Of a stretch of 60,325 nt of DNA, positions 19,584 through 29,179 are shown in pieces. The stretch spans positions 1-60,325 of the forward strand of contig WGAY01000046.1 of NCBI GenBank assembly GCA_015494585.1, in the 5' to 3' direction. The notes under the pieces are model-generated. The model saw only the letters and a list, made by a program, of their open reading frames with translations. It had not been told where the DNA came from and searched no databases. The position numbers and the translations under genes are program-made. Each line of letters opens with the position of its first letter. The stretch's first letter is position 1. Source of the DNA: Candidatus Omnitrophota bacterium. GTDB taxonomy: Bacteria > Omnitrophota > Gorgyraeia > S143-82.

Positions 19584-20778
19584 TGAAAACCTTTCCTCTT
19601 TCTTTATAACTGGAAAACTCATCAAAACTAGCACACATAGGGGAAAGCAATACCACATCTCCCTGCTGAGCATTGTCAACGGCAATCGAAAAGGCTTCCC
19701 TCAACCCTGTAGCTATTAATGAAGGAGTCCATGAACCCACCTGCTCGAAGATGCGTTCCCCTTCCTGGCCATAACATATAAGCACCTTGATAATATCTCT
19801 ATATTTCAGCAAACCAGAAAATCTAAGTCCTTTAGAACTCCCCCCCACAAGCAATATAATCGAATAAAATCCCTTTCCCTTTAACAGGTCCAACCCCCAG
19901 AAAGTAGAGGCAGGATTGGTTGCCTTTGAATCGTTTATAAAGATTATTCCATTATGAGAAGCAACGAACTGCATTCTATAATCTAATCCCTTAAATTCTC
20001 TCAGGGCCGCCAGGACATCTTCCTGCTTATACCCTAGATAATCCATTACCTCAACAATGCAGGTTTCATTCTCATTAAGCCCATTGCCCTTGGAAAACCA
20101 TCTCACACACACATCTGGAGCAAATCCCTCCAGAGAACTCAAATATTCATCATCAGAATTTAACAAAACCATCCCCTCATTCATACGGAATAACATGGAA
20201 GTCTTTGCCGCCACATACTCATCCATATCTCTATGCCAATCCAGATGATCTTCTGCCAGATTCAATATCACACCAATATCAGGAGAAAGCTCCCTTGAAG
20301 AAAATAGCTGAAAGGAACTTGCCTCCACGACCGCAATCTCAACGTCATCGTCAATTACAGAAATAAAGGGACGACCTATATTACCACAAGCCACTGCCTT
20401 GATTCCAAAGTAATTTAGAAGAAACTCTAACGCAGATACAGTAGAGCTCTTGCCATTCGTTCCAGTAACAGCAATTATCTTACCATCAAAAAATCTACTG
20501 GCCAGGTCGAGCTCTGAAATCACCCTGTTTCTATCTAGTCCTAAGGCTTCAGGTCGAACAGAAGGGCTTACCACAATCTCATCGGCCCTAGAGATGAAAT
20601 CCAGGGAATTTTTACCCTCCTCAAACTCAATCTCATGAGAAAAAAGCCAATGCCTAAATGCTCCATCCAGGGCATCTTTGGAACTAAGAATAAAGGAAAG
20701 ACCTCGATGCAGAAGAAACTGAGCTACTGCCTTGCCCGTTATCCCACCACCAACAATTGCAAATCTATATCTCTTCAT
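19540..20778 (-). CDS. murD: UDP-N-acetylmuramoyl-L-alanine--D-glutamate ligase
   Basis: VTGTNGKSST, EASSFQL, DHLDWH, NDSKATN, LLSPMCASFDEF. Confidence 0.93.
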   Translation of the reverse strand: MKRYRFAIVGGGITGKAVAQFLLHRGLSFILSSKDALDGAFRHWLFSHEIEFEEGKNSLDFISRADEIVVSPSVRPEALGLDRNRVISELDLASRFFDGKIIAVTGTNGKSSTVSALEFLLNYFGIKAVACGNIGRPFISVIDDDVEIAVVEASSFQLFSSRELSPDIGVILNLAEDHLDWHRDMDEYVAAKTSMLFRMNEGMVLLNSDDEYLSSLEGFAPDVCVRWFSKGNGLNENETCIVEVMDYLGYKQEDVLAALREFKGLDYRMQFVASHNGIIFINDSKATNPASTFWGLDLLKGKGFYSIILLVGGSSKGLRFSGLLKYRDIIKVLICYGQEGERIFEQVGSWTPSLIATGLREAFSIAVDNAQQGDVVLLSPMCASFDEFSSYKERGKVFNELVEGFVCTFRDR

Positions 20779-20825
20779 CGACAACATTATACAACCAAAG
20801 AAGATAATAAAAAATTCCAAAAGAT

Positions 20826-20857
20826 AATAAAAAGAGACCGCCGCAGGCGGTCTCTTT
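20826..20857 (-). terminator. Rho-independent terminator after hsp20
   Basis: Perfect stem AAAGAGACCGCC-GCA-GGCGGTCTCTTT with a T-run on the minus strand. Confidence 0.85.
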
Positions 20858-20885
20858 ACCTTTACATCAGCTAGCCGTAACCCAG

Positions 20886-21353
20886 TTACTTTACCTTTAA
20901 TTTGATCTGTTTGGGCTTCGATTCCTCCTTCTTGGGAAGAATAATCTCCAGGACCCCATCCTTATAGGAGGCCTCTGCCTTATTTGCATCGACTTCAGCA
21001 GGTAAGGCCACAGACCTCTCAAAACTTCCATAGAAGCACTCTTTCCTATAGAAGTTCTTATCCTTCTCTTCCTTTTCTTCCTTTCTCTCCCCTTTTATAG
21101 AGAGGACTCCATCCTCAATCCTTATATCTACATCATCCTTATTTACACCTGGTAGGTCAGCCTTTAGCCTGACCCTGTCCTTTTCATCTACAATATCGAC
21201 AGCTGGAAGCCATTCTGCTACACCCCCTACGTCCTCCCTTGGGAGCCTTGCCAGAGATAAATCGAAAAGACGATTCATATCCTCCTGTAAATCAGCAAGA
21301 TACTTGAAGGGATCCCAGACATCTCTTCTGCTACGCCACCTTATCAGTGCCAT
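20886..21353 (-). CDS. Small heat shock protein Hsp20/alpha-crystallin
   Basis: WLPAVDI, ADLPGV, YGSFERSVALP, ASYKDGVLEIILPK. Confidence 0.95.
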   Translation of the reverse strand: MALIRWRSRRDVWDPFKYLADLQEDMNRLFDLSLARLPREDVGGVAEWLPAVDIVDEKDRVRLKADLPGVNKDDVDIRIEDGVLSIKGERKEEKEEKDKNFYRKECFYGSFERSVALPAEVDANKAEASYKDGVLEIILPKKEESKPKQIKLKVK

Positions 21354-21379
21354 AATCCCACCTCCTTTTTATTTTGTTA

Positions 21380-21406
21380 TTAGCAATCTATGCATTTAAC
21401 TGCTAA
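21380..21406. promoter_or_regulatory. CIRCE-like HrcA operator upstream of hsp20
   Basis: TTAGCAATC-N9-AACTGCTAA versus consensus TTAGCACTC-N9-GAGTGCTAA (3 mismatches). Confidence 0.75.
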
Positions 21407-21444
21407 CAATTGTTCAAAAAATTTTTGCCTTTCCAGGCAGTTTT

Positions 21445-21474
21445 ATTTTAGCACTCTACTGCATAAATTGTCAA
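21445..21474 (-). promoter_or_regulatory. Sigma70 promoter of hsp20 overlapped by a perfect CIRCE half-site
   Basis: Minus strand TTGACA-N18-TAAAAT with extended TG; TTAGCACTC at 21448-21456. Confidence 0.72.
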
Positions 21475-21507
21475 GTATTTTTATAAAAACCTTTCTTATA
21501 TTCCTAA

Positions 21508-22233
21508 CTATAATTTAGAATTGTCAGGATTCTCTACAGTATCTTTTAGCTGCTTTATCTGGCCCATTATCTCATCAGAGATACGCTGAGCAAGTTCCTT
21601 ATCCATCTTATCAGACGGACTTATATTTAATCTAGTAACAAAATCAATAGGCCTGCCAATACGGACACTAATACGTGAAGGGAAAAGTCGCGCAGAGCCA
21701 ATAGGTAAGGCTTCAAAGGTACCGTCAATATAGACCGGCACTACTGGAAGTCTAGTCTGCTGGACAATGAAACCTATACCTGGTCTGCCGGGTTGTAACT
21801 CCCCATCCTTGGTACGCCGTCCTTCTGGAAAGATAACAAATGGCTGATTTGTATTAGCAAAATATTTTGTCCATCGAAATAGGCGTTTCAAATCCCGTGG
21901 ATTTGGGCTGATAGGCACAGCACCCATTGACCTAATCAACATAGAAAATATCGGGTTCTTGAAAAGCTCGATTTTGGCAAAATAACGTAAGGGACGAATA
22001 AAAACAACACCTATCAGAGGTGGATCAAGGTGACTCTCATGATTAGGTGCAACAATAAAACAGCCTTTTCTGGGGATATGCTCACGTCCATCTATTTTTA
22101 ATCTATATTTTATACGATAGAATAGATAGAATATAAACCAAGCTAGGTAGTGGTAGATAATCCTTATAGGCAAAAGAATCCTGTTCCAAAACCAATCAAT
22201 GGATGTATCAGATGTTGATTTCCTCATTTGCAC
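21508..22233 (-). CDS. plsC: 1-acyl-sn-glycerol-3-phosphate acyltransferase
   Basis: NHESHLD and IFPEGRRT motifs; follows cmk. Confidence 0.9.
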   Translation of the reverse strand: MQMRKSTSDTSIDWFWNRILLPIRIIYHYLAWFIFYLFYRIKYRLKIDGREHIPRKGCFIVAPNHESHLDPPLIGVVFIRPLRYFAKIELFKNPIFSMLIRSMGAVPISPNPRDLKRLFRWTKYFANTNQPFVIFPEGRRTKDGELQPGRPGIGFIVQQTRLPVVPVYIDGTFEALPIGSARLFPSRISVRIGRPIDFVTRLNISPSDKMDKELAQRISDEIMGQIKQLKDTVENPDNSKL

Positions 22234-23713
22234 ATCTTCGCTTTATCTCATAGAATATCACATTTAAGGCCTGTTCAACTGATAGGTTGGTACTATCTAC
22301 ATAAAAGGCATCAGGGGCCTTTCTCAATGGTCCAACATTTCGCTTCAAATCATTTGCATCCCTCTGGATCATATCCTGACGCAGTTCTTGCTCGTCCACC
22401 TCAAGTCCTTTATCTCTAAGCTCCTTAAACCTGCGCAAAAAACGTGCCTCAAATGATGCGTCGAGATAAAACTTAAATCTGGCCTCTGGCAAGACAACGG
22501 TAGTAACATCCCTGCCTTCTATTACCGCCCTGCCTGATAAGGCCATATCCCTCTGTAACTCGACCAAGTGTTCCCTTATTTTAGGCTCTCTGGCCAGATA
22601 GAAGACATTATTCGTAACCTCAGGAAGGCGTATCTCTTCACTCACATCCTCTCCATTCAATACAGCGCGTGGAGGCACCTGTTCCGTCAGCTCTATCGAA
22701 GAAGACCTAACACAGTCTATCACAGCATCTACATTATCAAGGGCTATCCCCTTACGCATACAGGCAAGTGTAGCCGCCCTGTACATAGCACCGGTATCGA
22801 TGAGTCTAAAATTTAGTCTCATCGCAAGCAACTTTGCTATTGTAGATTTACCCGCTCCAGCTGGTCCATCTATGGCAACGCTGTAGACACCGTCTAATTC
22901 CTGCTGAGGTAGGTAAGATATCCCTATCGCTTTTCCCTCCTCAATAGTCATCAATTTTTCCTGAAAACTTTTTAAGAATACCCTACCAGAAGCGGTCAAC
23001 ATATCCTTATTATGCCTGAATATTCCATTCCAAAGCCTGATATCGGCATTCGATATCCTAGATATATCTCTAAAGGCCCCACCTGAGACCTTGAGGTAAT
23101 CCTCAGAGACTACATCTCTAAAGGCAAAAGAGATAATGTGAGGCAGGTGTGAGGTATAGGCCAGAATTTTGTCATGTTCGTCCGCAGACATAAAAATTAC
23201 ATCCATCCCTAAGAAATTATACATCAGCTTAACCTGCGAAATTATATCCTCAGGATTATCTATCGGACAAACTACCGCAATCCTGCCTAAAAACATATCT
23301 TTTCTGGAGTTTTCAAACCCGGAAAGATGAGAACCAGCCACTGGATGGGAAGGGACAAAGAATCTATCTGGATATTTCAATCTTATTTGCTCATATCTGT
23401 CCACTACAGGCCGTTTTACACTGCCAACATCCAAGACAATCGCACCGGGCCTTACCGACTCAAGTACAACAGGTAGGTTGGCAATGATATGATCCAGAGG
23501 AGTGGCCAATACCACTATATCCAGCTCATCTAACGAATCATAATCTAGAGAATAGGTATCGATGATTCCTTTATCCCGAGCGGCCTTTAACCTCTCCTCA
23601 TTACGGCCAACACCTAACACATAAGAGGCAAATCCAGAGAATCTAAGCCGCCTAGCTATAGAACCTCCTATCACTCCTACACCTACTATACCAATCCTCC
23701 AGCCTAGAGCCAT
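22208..23713 (-). CDS. cmk: Fused prephenate/arogenate dehydrogenase and cytidylate kinase
   Basis: N-terminal TyrA motifs (GVGVIGGS, HPVAGS, TSHLPH, FRDISRI) and C-terminal Cmk motifs (IDGPAGAGKST, DTGAMYRA, EGRDVTTVV) in one frame. Confidence 0.92.
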   Translation of the reverse strand: MALGWRIGIVGVGVIGGSIARRLRFSGFASYVLGVGRNEERLKAARDKGIIDTYSLDYDSLDELDIVVLATPLDHIIANLPVVLESVRPGAIVLDVGSVKRPVVDRYEQIRLKYPDRFFVPSHPVAGSHLSGFENSRKDMFLGRIAVVCPIDNPEDIISQVKLMYNFLGMDVIFMSADEHDKILAYTSHLPHIISFAFRDVVSEDYLKVSGGAFRDISRISNADIRLWNGIFRHNKDMLTASGRVFLKSFQEKLMTIEEGKAIGISYLPQQELDGVYSVAIDGPAGAGKSTIAKLLAMRLNFRLIDTGAMYRAATLACMRKGIALDNVDAVIDCVRSSSIELTEQVPPRAVLNGEDVSEEIRLPEVTNNVFYLAREPKIREHLVELQRDMALSGRAVIEGRDVTTVVLPEARFKFYLDASFEARFLRRFKELRDKGLEVDEQELRQDMIQRDANDLKRNVGPLRKAPDAFYVDSTNLSVEQALNVIFYEIKRRCANEEINI

Positions 23714-23799
23714 TGTACGGCAGCCTCCTATATCCTTTAAACCTACCTGGATTATTTGTCGATTCTCCTTGCCTCTGATTGATAAACAATCTTTACGTT

Positions 23800-23828
23800 A
23801 AAAAATGAAGCCATGGCCTTCATTTTTT
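23800..23828. terminator. Hairpin, probable terminator after the small zinc-ribbon gene
   Basis: AAAAAATGAAG-CCATGGC-CTTCATTTTTT. Confidence 0.65.
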
Positions 23829-23849
23829 GAATTCTTACTTCATACGGCC

Positions 23850-23993
23850 TTATTTCTTCCCCATTATCCTGAACATAGATGTTCCACAATCTGGACACTT
23901 CCCCTTCATAGCCTTACGGCCATTTTTCATCTCAACTTCCTTTGCCTCCGCCATCTCCTTTTTTGCCTTGCACTTTACGCAATAAGCCTCCAT
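23850..23993 (-). CDS. 47-aa basic zinc-ribbon protein (DUF5679-like); not in ORF track
   Basis: AAGGAGG RBS then MEAYCVKCKAKKEMAEAKEVEMKNGRKAMKGKCPDCGTSMFRIMGKK*. Confidence 0.85.
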   Translation of the reverse strand: MEAYCVKCKAKKEMAEAKEVEMKNGRKAMKGKCPDCGTSMFRIMGKK

Positions 23994-24007
23994 GGACAAC
24001 CTCCTTG

Positions 24008-24589
24008 TTAATGAACTCGGCCAAATCTGCTAAGTGGCCATATTCGTAATACTACCTTACCTACAAGATTCTTCTCTGGCACAAATCCCCAGAACCTGCT
24101 ATCGCGAGAAGATGCACTATTATCTCCAAGGACATAATAGTAGCCTTCGGGTACCTTTATTTTCTGATTTTCTCCGCCAAATGGACCGGCATTATAGTAG
24201 GTGCGATTTCTAAAAGGACCATCTAGTAAGGGGACATCATTGACAAATACCGTACCATTGGAAATCTCTACCACATCCCCACCTTTAGCGATCAATCGCT
24301 TCACAAAATGAAGCTTCGGATTCTCCGGATATAAGAACACTATTATATCTCCGACCTGGGGTTCCTTTAGTCTAGGTAGGTGTACATTTGTAAAAGGTAG
24401 CTTCGGGCCATAGGGATATTTTATGGCAATAACCCTATCCCCTATCTTCAACGTCGGTATCATGGAACCCGATGGGATCTTATATACCTGGAAGATAAAA
24501 GAACGGATAATTATTGCCAGGATAAGGGCAATGACAAAGGCCTCTGCCCACTCCTTTATCTCCTTTATAATCCATTGTTTGGTAATCAT
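24008..24589 (-). CDS. lepB: Signal peptidase I
   Basis: IPSGSMIPTL, FVKRLIA, GDNSASSRDSRFWG. Confidence 0.96.
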   Translation of the reverse strand: MITKQWIIKEIKEWAEAFVIALILAIIIRSFIFQVYKIPSGSMIPTLKIGDRVIAIKYPYGPKLPFTNVHLPRLKEPQVGDIIVFLYPENPKLHFVKRLIAKGGDVVEISNGTVFVNDVPLLDGPFRNRTYYNAGPFGGENQKIKVPEGYYYVLGDNSASSRDSRFWGFVPEKNLVGKVVLRIWPLSRFGRVH

Positions 24590-24601
24590 AAAATCAAAGG
24601 C

Positions 24602-25669
24602 CTATTCAAGGAATTTGACTACCAGGTCACCTACTTCTGTGGTCGAATACCCCATTTTTCCAGCAGAGAGACTTTTCAACTTCTCCGCAGTTACCCTCAT
24701 GACCGACCGTTCAAGTGACTCAGCGGCCTCTTTTTCTCCAAGATATTCCAACATCATCCCAGCAGCACATATAGCAGCCAGAGGATTTATCACATTCTTA
24801 CCTGTATATTTAGGGGCCGATCCACCAATCGGCTCGAACATAGAAACACCACCCTCATCTGGATTGATATTTCCACCTGCCGCTATACCCATACCCCCCT
24901 GGATAATGGCCCCTAGATCTGTGATTATGTCTCCGAACATATTATCTGTAACGATCACATCAAACCACTCTGGATTTTTGACCATCCACATGCAGGTTGC
25001 ATCCACATGGGCATATTCCCTCTTAATCTCAGGATATTCTTCTCCAACTTCATGGAATGTCCTCTCCCAGAGATCAAATGCATAGGTCAGGACATTGGTC
25101 TTGCCACACAGAGTAAGTGTATTTTTCTTATTCCTCTTCCTAGTAAATTCAAAGGCATAACGGATACAGCGCTCAACTCCCTTTCGCGTATTGATGCTCT
25201 CCTGGACCGCGACCTCATCCCTTGTCCCCTTCTTGAGGAAGCCCCCCGAACCGCAGTAAAGCCCTTCTGTATTTTCCCTCACCACCACAAAATCAATATC
25301 ATCAGGCCCTTTGTCCTTAAGCGGCGTCCAGACCCCTGGGTAGAGTTTCACTGGTCGTAAATTTATATACTGATCAAGGGAAAATCTTAATTTGAGAAGG
25401 ATACCCTGCTCCAATATACCGGGCTTTACATCTGGATGGCCGATTGCTCCCAGATATATTGCATCCACTGTCTTCAATTCCTCTAACACACTATCTGGCA
25501 AGGTTTCCCCTGTCTTAAGATAGCGTTCCCCTCCCAAATCATATTCTATAAAATCTACCTTAAACTCATACTTCTCAGCCAGGGCAGATAATACCTTCCT
25601 GCCCTCTCGGATGACCTCAGGTCCAGTCCCGTCACCGGGTATTACGGCTATCTTATATGTCTTGGCCAT
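24602..25669 (-). CDS. leuB: 3-isopropylmalate dehydrogenase
   Basis: IPGDGTGPEV, VVRENTEGLY, NMFGDIITD, MFEPIGGSAP. Confidence 0.9.
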   Translation of the reverse strand: MAKTYKIAVIPGDGTGPEVIREGRKVLSALAEKYEFKVDFIEYDLGGERYLKTGETLPDSVLEELKTVDAIYLGAIGHPDVKPGILEQGILLKLRFSLDQYINLRPVKLYPGVWTPLKDKGPDDIDFVVVRENTEGLYCGSGGFLKKGTRDEVAVQESINTRKGVERCIRYAFEFTRKRNKKNTLTLCGKTNVLTYAFDLWERTFHEVGEEYPEIKREYAHVDATCMWMVKNPEWFDVIVTDNMFGDIITDLGAIIQGGMGIAAGGNINPDEGGVSMFEPIGGSAPKYTGKNVINPLAAICAAGMMLEYLGEKEAAESLERSVMRVTAEKLKSLSAGKMGYSTTEVGDLVVKFLE

Positions 25670-25705
25670 AAATCCCTCCCTTGGATTTGAAAATACACAA
25701 TGGAT

Positions 25706-25734
25706 ATAGTACTACGCATAAATGCTCTTGTCAA
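25706..25734 (-). promoter_or_regulatory. Sigma70 promoter upstream of leuB
   Basis: Minus strand TTGACA-N17-TACTAT. Confidence 0.7.
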
Positions 25735-25768
25735 ACAGGCATCTTGGTCAGCACTACCCAACTAGGGC

Positions 25769-27784
25769 TTATTCCTTATAAGCAAGATCCGCACACCTCT
25801 TTGCCTTCAAAAGTAGCGGAAAATCTGTCAAGGGGTTACCTATATTGAATTCTGTTGGGCCATGCTGTCTTTCCCCAAGAAATTGGCCTGGGCCACGCAA
25901 GACCAGGTCTGCCTCAGATAATCTGAACCCATCTTTATACTTCATAAACACACCCAGGCGCTTGCGTGTGTCTTCATTATCCGTATCAGAGACTACTATA
26001 CAATAAGAACGATGTCTGCCACGACCTATCCTGCCCCGTAACTGATGTAGTTGACTCAAGCCAAACCTCTCTGCATGTTCTATCACCATAACCGTAGCAT
26101 TAGGCACATCAATTCCTACTTCAATAACAACCGTAGCCACCAGAATCTGTATCTTGCCATTATAGAATAAATCCATAATCCGTTTCTTCTCCCTATCTCC
26201 CATCTTTCCGTGGACCATACCGACATTTACATCAGGAAAGACATCTTTACGCAAGACCTCATACATCTGTTCAGCAGCGAGAAGATTTACCTCATCACTT
26301 TCGCTTACTAATGGATATACTATGTAGGCCTGACGCCCCTGTTCTATCTGTTCCCTCAAAAACTTGTACAATCTGTGGCGCTTGTCAGAGGTAATCCACA
26401 AGGTTTCAATCTCTTGTCTGCCAGGAGGAAGCTCATCTATAATCGTTATGTCTAGATCTCCATAGAGGGTCATGGCAAGGGACCTCGGAATAGGAGTTGC
26501 AGTCATAACCAATGTATCTACATCAGGGGCCTTTTCTGCCAAAGCCATCCTTTGTTTGACCCCAAACCTATGCTGCTCATCGATTATTACCAGTCCTAGC
26601 CTGTTAATCAATACATCTGGTTGTATAAGGGCATGGGTGCCTATCACCATACAAGGTTCATCAGAGGTAAGTTTGCCTAACAACTCCCTTCGTCTCTTTC
26701 CCTTCAAACTCGAAGACAACAAATAAACAGGAACAGAGGGAAACCAGTCAAGGGCCTTTCTATAATGCTGGTTTGCTAAGACTTCTGTAGGAACCATAAG
26801 GGCACACTTATACCCTGAGCCTAGGACAATAGCCGCCAGATAAAATGCTACCGCTGTCTTACCCGAACCAACATCTCCTTGCAGTAACCTTCGCATAGGC
26901 ATCCTCGACAACAAATCCCTGCTCATCTCAGATATTGCCCTCTTTTGGGCCTCGGTAAACTCAAATGGAAGGACAGAAAGATAGGAGATAACAACGGAAT
27001 TTTCCCCTTTATAGGTCCTTTCTTTAGGGCGAATCGATGTCTGTTTTTTTCTATTTATAAACATAGAAAACAAGAAAAACTCCTCAAAAATAAACCTTTC
27101 TCTAGCCTTCTTTATAGCCTCTTGTGATGAGGGAAAATGTATCTCCCACAATGCCTCCCTAATCGGAAACAACCGTTTGGCCTCCTTGCAGTGCAGGCTT
27201 CCTAAAATATCTGGGACCTGATCCACATAGGCATTCAAGGCGTTGTACATTATCTTTCGCATCCTGGATTGAGATAATTTTCTCTGTGCACCCAAGGAAT
27301 AAACAGGCACTATCCTTCCAGAAGATAACAGATTTTCATCTGTTAATACCTGAACCTCTGGAGAAACCAGCTGTCGCCCAAATCTTCTATCTAGATTGGC
27401 TTTGCCATAGAAAATAAATTCATCCCCTAGAGATAGCAACTTCACTAAATAAGATTGGTTAAACCAGACCGCCATAATAGAACCTGTATCATCGGATAGC
27501 AGGGCTTGAATCAAGGCAGGCCTACCTCGCCAAGCCTTTTTTTCCCTTAAAGAGAGCACCCTGGCCTTGAATTGATAGTAGTTATTGTCGGCCTTTATGT
27601 CCCTTATCTTCGAAAATACCCTTCTATCCTCATACTTATAAGGGAAATAATAGAATAGGTCCTTAACTGAAACTATACCCAATTTGGCTAGATCTTTTGA
27701 AAGCGAGGGCCCAACCCCCTTGACGAATTGAACTTCTATGTCTTCGACAGGCCTTGATCCCTTCACGGATACTCCATAAAACAC
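25769..27784 (-). CDS. recG: ATP-dependent DNA helicase RecG
   Basis: LQGDVGSGKT, DEQHRFGV, MTATPIPRS, QLHQLRGRIGRG. Confidence 0.97.
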   Translation of the reverse strand: MFYGVSVKGSRPVEDIEVQFVKGVGPSLSKDLAKLGIVSVKDLFYYFPYKYEDRRVFSKIRDIKADNNYYQFKARVLSLREKKAWRGRPALIQALLSDDTGSIMAVWFNQSYLVKLLSLGDEFIFYGKANLDRRFGRQLVSPEVQVLTDENLLSSGRIVPVYSLGAQRKLSQSRMRKIMYNALNAYVDQVPDILGSLHCKEAKRLFPIREALWEIHFPSSQEAIKKARERFIFEEFFLFSMFINRKKQTSIRPKERTYKGENSVVISYLSVLPFEFTEAQKRAISEMSRDLLSRMPMRRLLQGDVGSGKTAVAFYLAAIVLGSGYKCALMVPTEVLANQHYRKALDWFPSVPVYLLSSSLKGKRRRELLGKLTSDEPCMVIGTHALIQPDVLINRLGLVIIDEQHRFGVKQRMALAEKAPDVDTLVMTATPIPRSLAMTLYGDLDITIIDELPPGRQEIETLWITSDKRHRLYKFLREQIEQGRQAYIVYPLVSESDEVNLLAAEQMYEVLRKDVFPDVNVGMVHGKMGDREKKRIMDLFYNGKIQILVATVVIEVGIDVPNATVMVIEHAERFGLSQLHQLRGRIGRGRHRSYCIVVSDTDNEDTRKRLGVFMKYKDGFRLSEADLVLRGPGQFLGERQHGPTEFNIGNPLTDFPLLLKAKRCADLAYKE

Positions 27785-27799
27785 TTATCCTGGATTAAA

Positions 27800-29179
27800 C
27801 TATTTACCTATACAAAACTCGCTAAACACCATATCTAATAGATCCTGGTCCATATCTCGTCCCAATAACTTATCTATCTTTGAGATAGCCTCCCTTATCT
27901 CCTCAGCAATCATCTCTGCGGGCCCATTCTGAAGAAGCAGTTCCTTTGCCGAAATAAGCAACAACTTCAGATCGTTTAATAGAAAAATCTGAGATTTTCT
28001 CAATATAAACAGGTCATCCACAGTACCCACAAAGCGGTTAACATAAGAAGCTATAAGTTCTAATAAGTCCTCTACTCCCTTGCCTTCCAAGGCAGATCCA
28101 ATAATCCAATTCCAACCCCTGGATTTCACAGGCATAGGAATGTCCACCTGGCCACACAAATCAGACTTGTTCAAAAAGACAATCACATCTTTATCGCTTA
28201 ATTCGGAGAGTAGATCCAGTTCAACATCGTTTAGTTTTCGACAGGCTTCCAAGACCAAAATTACTATCTGGGCCAAACTAAGGGCTTCCTTTGTCTTCTT
28301 TATCGCAATAGCATCCACTTCCTCCACATCCTTCAGTATTCCTGCTGTATCCCAAAGAACGACATCCATCCCTTTCAATCTAAGCCTTTCACTTATCAAA
28401 TCGCGCGTCGTAGCCTCTCTATCATAGACTATAGACCTATCCCTCCCCAACAACCTATTAAACAACATAGACTTCCCAACATTAGAATATCCCAAAATCA
28501 TGCAATTAATCCCCTCCTCTATTAGGGCATATGTCCTGGCTCCAGAGATCATCCTCTCTATAGAATCAATAAGCTTATCCAAGTCGCCAGCCAACCTACT
28601 TTTCAAAACATCCACCTCCAGGGCCACATCTTCTGGAAAGTTTATATCCGCCTCAATGTAGGCCAGCACGTGCATCAACTCCTCTCTAATAGCCTCAACT
28701 TGACGAGAAAGTTCACCTTGAAGTTGTTTCATCCCTACTCGCAAGCCAATCTCCGAAGTGGCATTGATGATACTCATCACGGCCTGGGCCTGGGGCAGAT
28801 CTATCCGCCCATTTAAAAGGGCGCGCATCGTAAACTCTCCTGGTTCAGCAAGCCTGGCACCTGCCTTGATAAGGCAATTTATAATCTTCTCTACAATAAT
28901 CCAATTACCATGGCAGAATATTTCAACCATATCCTCACGCGTATAACTCTTAGGAGCGCGATAGTAAACCAAAATCACCTCATCGATGATCTCGCCGTTG
29001 TCTACTATCCTTCCCAGAATGGGTCTGAAAGGTGGAATGTCCTGGCACTGCCTACCCGAAGCTACTGGAGAAAACAGCCTGCCAACAATGGCCAGTCCCT
29101 GGGGACCACTTACCCGTATTCCCGCAATAGCAGACCTGCCCTTAGGAGTTGCTGGGGCTACTATTGTCTCCAGTTCCAT
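27800..29179 (-). CDS. mnmE: tRNA modification GTPase MnmE/TrmE
   Basis: APKSYTREDMVEIFCHG, PGEFTMRA, NVGKS, DTAG, C-terminal FCIGK. Confidence 0.96.
   Translation of the reverse strand: MELETIVAPATPKGRSAIAGIRVSGPQGLAIVGRLFSPVASGRQCQDIPPFRPILGRIVDNGEIIDEVILVYYRAPKSYTREDMVEIFCHGNWIIVEKIINCLIKAGARLAEPGEFTMRALLNGRIDLPQAQAVMSIINATSEIGLRVGMKQLQGELSRQVEAIREELMHVLAYIEADINFPEDVALEVDVLKSRLAGDLDKLIDSIERMISGARTYALIEEGINCMILGYSNVGKSMLFNRLLGRDRSIVYDREATTRDLISERLRLKGMDVVLWDTAGILKDVEEVDAIAIKKTKEALSLAQIVILVLEACRKLNDVELDLLSELSDKDVIVFLNKSDLCGQVDIPMPVKSRGWNWIIGSALEGKGVEDLLELIASYVNRFVGTVDDLFILRKSQIFLLNDLKLLLISAKELLLQNGPAEMIAEEIREAISKIDKLLGRDMDQDLLDMVFSEFCIGK

Noticed and set aside
23850-23993. Ribosomal protein (S21/L33) identity for the 47-aa basic ORF
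   Set aside because: It lacks S21 and L33 signatures; the pattern fits a DUF5679-like zinc ribbon better.
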